NCBI RefSeq assembly: GCF_035084215.1
Contig: NW_027139581.1
Span: 1,426,001 to 1,490,000 of the forward strand
Origin: Heptranchias perlo
Lineage: Eukaryota
Reading direction: 5' to 3'
DNA: 64,000 nt
Part shown: positions 61,748 through 64,000 of the stretch, piece after piece
Numbering within the stretch: the first letter of the stretch is position 1
How the letters are laid out: each line of letters begins with the position of its first letter
Position numbers and translations under genes: made by a program
The notes under the pieces: model-generated
Told to the model about the DNA's origin: nothing
Databases searched by the model: none
What the model saw: only the letters and a program-made list of their open reading frames with translations

Positions 61748-63468
61748 CATAGAGTCATAGAGTCATAGAGTCATACAGCACGGATAGAGGCCCTTCGGCC
61801 CATCGTGTCCGCGCCGGCCATCAGCCCTGTCTACTCTAATCCCATATTCCAGCATTTGGTCCGTAGCCTTGTATGCTATGGCATTTCAAGTGCTCATCCA
61901 AATGCTTCTTGAATGTTGTGAGGGTTCCTGCCTCCACAACCCTTTCAGGCAGTGAGTTCCAGACTCCAACCACCCTCTGGGTGAAAAAGTTCTTTCTAAA
62001 ATCCCCTCTAAACCTCCCGCCTTTTACCTTGAATCTATGTCCCCTTGTTATAGAACCCTCAACGAAGGGAAAAAGCTCCTTAGTATCCATCCTATCTGTG
62101 CCCCTCATAATTTTGTACACCTCAATCATGTCCCCCCTCAGCCTCCTCTGCTCCAAGGAAAACAAACCCAATCTTCCCAGTCTCTCTTCATAGCTGAAGC
62201 GCTCCAGCCCTGGTAACATCCTGGTGAATCTCCTCTGCACCCTCTCCAAAGCGATCACATCCTTCCTGTCGTGTGGCGACCAGAACTGCACACAGTACTC
62301 CAGCTGTGGCCTAACCAGTGTTTTATACAGCTCCATCATAACCTCCTTGCTCTTATATTCTATGCCTCGGCTAATAAAGGCAAGTATCCCATATGCCTTC
62401 TTTACCACCTTATCTACCTGTTCTGCCGCCTTCAGGGATCTGTGAACTTGCACACCAAGATCCCTCTGACCCTCTGTCTTGCCTAGGGTCCTCCCATTCA
62501 TTGTGTATTCCCTTGCCTTGTTAGTCCCTCCAAAGTGCATCACCTCGCACTTTTCCGGGTTAAATTCCATTTGCCACTGTTCCGCCCATCTGACCAACCC
62601 ATCTATATCGTCCTGCAGACTGAGGCTATCCTCCTCACTCTTTACCACCCTACCAATTTTTGAATCATCAGCGAACTTACTGATCATACCTTTTACATTC
62701 ATATCCAAGTCATTAATGTAGACCACAAACAGCAAGGGACCCAGAACCGATCCCTGTGGTACCCCACTGGCCACAGGCTTCCAGTCACAAAAACAACCTT
62801 CGACCATCACCCTCTGCCTTCTGCCACTAAGCCAGTTTCGTATCCAAAGTGCCAAGGCACCCTGGATCCCATGGGCTCGTGCCTTCTTGACCAGTCTCCT
62901 GTGCGGGACTTTATCGAAGGCCTTACTGAAATCCATGTATACCACATCCACTGCGTTACCCTCATCCACACGGCTAGTCACCCCCTCAAAAAATTCAATC
63001 AAATTAGTCAGACATGATCTTCCCTTGACAAAGCCATGTTGACTATCCCTGATTAATCCTTGCTTCTCCAAGTGGAGACTAATTTTGTCCTTCAGAATTT
63101 TTTCCAATAATTTTCCTACCACTGATGTTAGGCTCACTGGCCTGTAGTTCCCCGGTTTTTCGCTACTCCCCTTCTTGAATAATGGTAGTACATTAGCGGT
63201 TCTCCAGTCCTCTGGCACATCCCCTGTGGCCAGAGAGGTTCTGAATATATGTGTCAGAGCCCCCGCAATCTCCTCCTTTGCCTCACACAGTAGCCTGGGA
63301 TACATTTCGTCCGGGCCTGGGGATTTATCCATTTTTAGGCCTGCTAAAACCGCCAATACCTCCTCCCGCTCGATGTTAATATGTTCGAGAAGATCACAGT
63401 CCCCCTGCCGTATTTCTATGTCTACATCGTCCTTCTCCATAGTGAAAACAGATGCAAAAAATTCATTT
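61748..63468 (-). mobile_element. Young 5'-truncated CR1 LINE with an uninterrupted RT reading frame
   Basis: ORF 61836-63572 (CR1 part from LNEFFASVF) has QHGFVKGRSC, YMDFSKAFD, GVPQGSVLGP and KFADD with no stops; perfect (CTATGACT)n tail at 61748-61775. Confidence 0.95.
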
Positions 63469-64000
63469 AGATGCAAACTGGCTTTGGTTCTCAAAACAAC
63501 TAATAAGAAGCTCAACAGATAACAACTTGGAAAAACAATGCTGAGAGAGTTCGAAATCCTTGGAAGAGACAATTCAAGTTACTTACACCTGGTTTCAGAC
63601 GGCCGAGAGGCTGCAGGAGGATTCACACGGTGGTTTAACACGGTGGTTTCACTCGGTGGTTTCACACGGTGGAAAGGCTGCACCTGGGGCCACATGGTTT
63701 TGAGTGACCCAGCAAACCGTCCATCATTAATGCAACAGTGTGTGAGTGGCCAAAATGGAACTTCTCTTAACTTTTACTCACACCCCAACTGGCAAAATCA
63801 TATAAAGATGGGACATCGTGGCAGATTCTTTAATGCATTTGGAGGAACCTTAAGAAGCTTCACCTGGAGGAAGGACGTCCAACAACAAAAGAAGAAAACT
63901 TCAAGAGAGAGAGAGAGAGCTGATCGCTCTTCTGCCTTGATGTTGAAATCCTTGGTTTTAAGGTTGTATGTAATATTTGATTTGGTTGATGCTTGTGAGA

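Noticed and set aside
63575-63680. Minus-strand GTAAGT donor as GPCR exon 1, next to a short cacggtggttt repeat
   Set aside because: The upstream sequence does not encode a hydrophobic TM1 start, so the link to the GPCR is unsupported.

Overview
Repeat-dense cartilaginous-fish (shark-type) genomic DNA from a draft assembly, with three N gaps. The left 11.5 kb holds an unrearranged immunoglobulin heavy-chain minilocus on the minus strand, best matching IgW: leader, VH, D1, D2, JH, a 6.5-kb intron, then CH1, CH2 and CH3. The remaining C and TM exons must lie left of the window. Recombination signal sequence (RSS) spacers run V-23, 12-D1-22, 12-D2-12, 23-J. A candidate Cys-rich short-secretory terminal exon with its own AATAAA lies between CH2 and CH3, and a ~63-bp x ~19 minisatellite sits in the J-C intron. 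The rest is mostly CR1 and L2 LINEs, tRNA-derived Deu-type SINEs and several satellites. It also holds two Penelope-related structures with minimal hammerhead ribozyme motifs, a C2H2 zinc-finger pseudogene with an internal inversion, and the intact main exon of a GPR139/GPR142-like orphan GPCR. Family assignments come from motif recognition only; no database search was run, and repeat boundaries are approximate.
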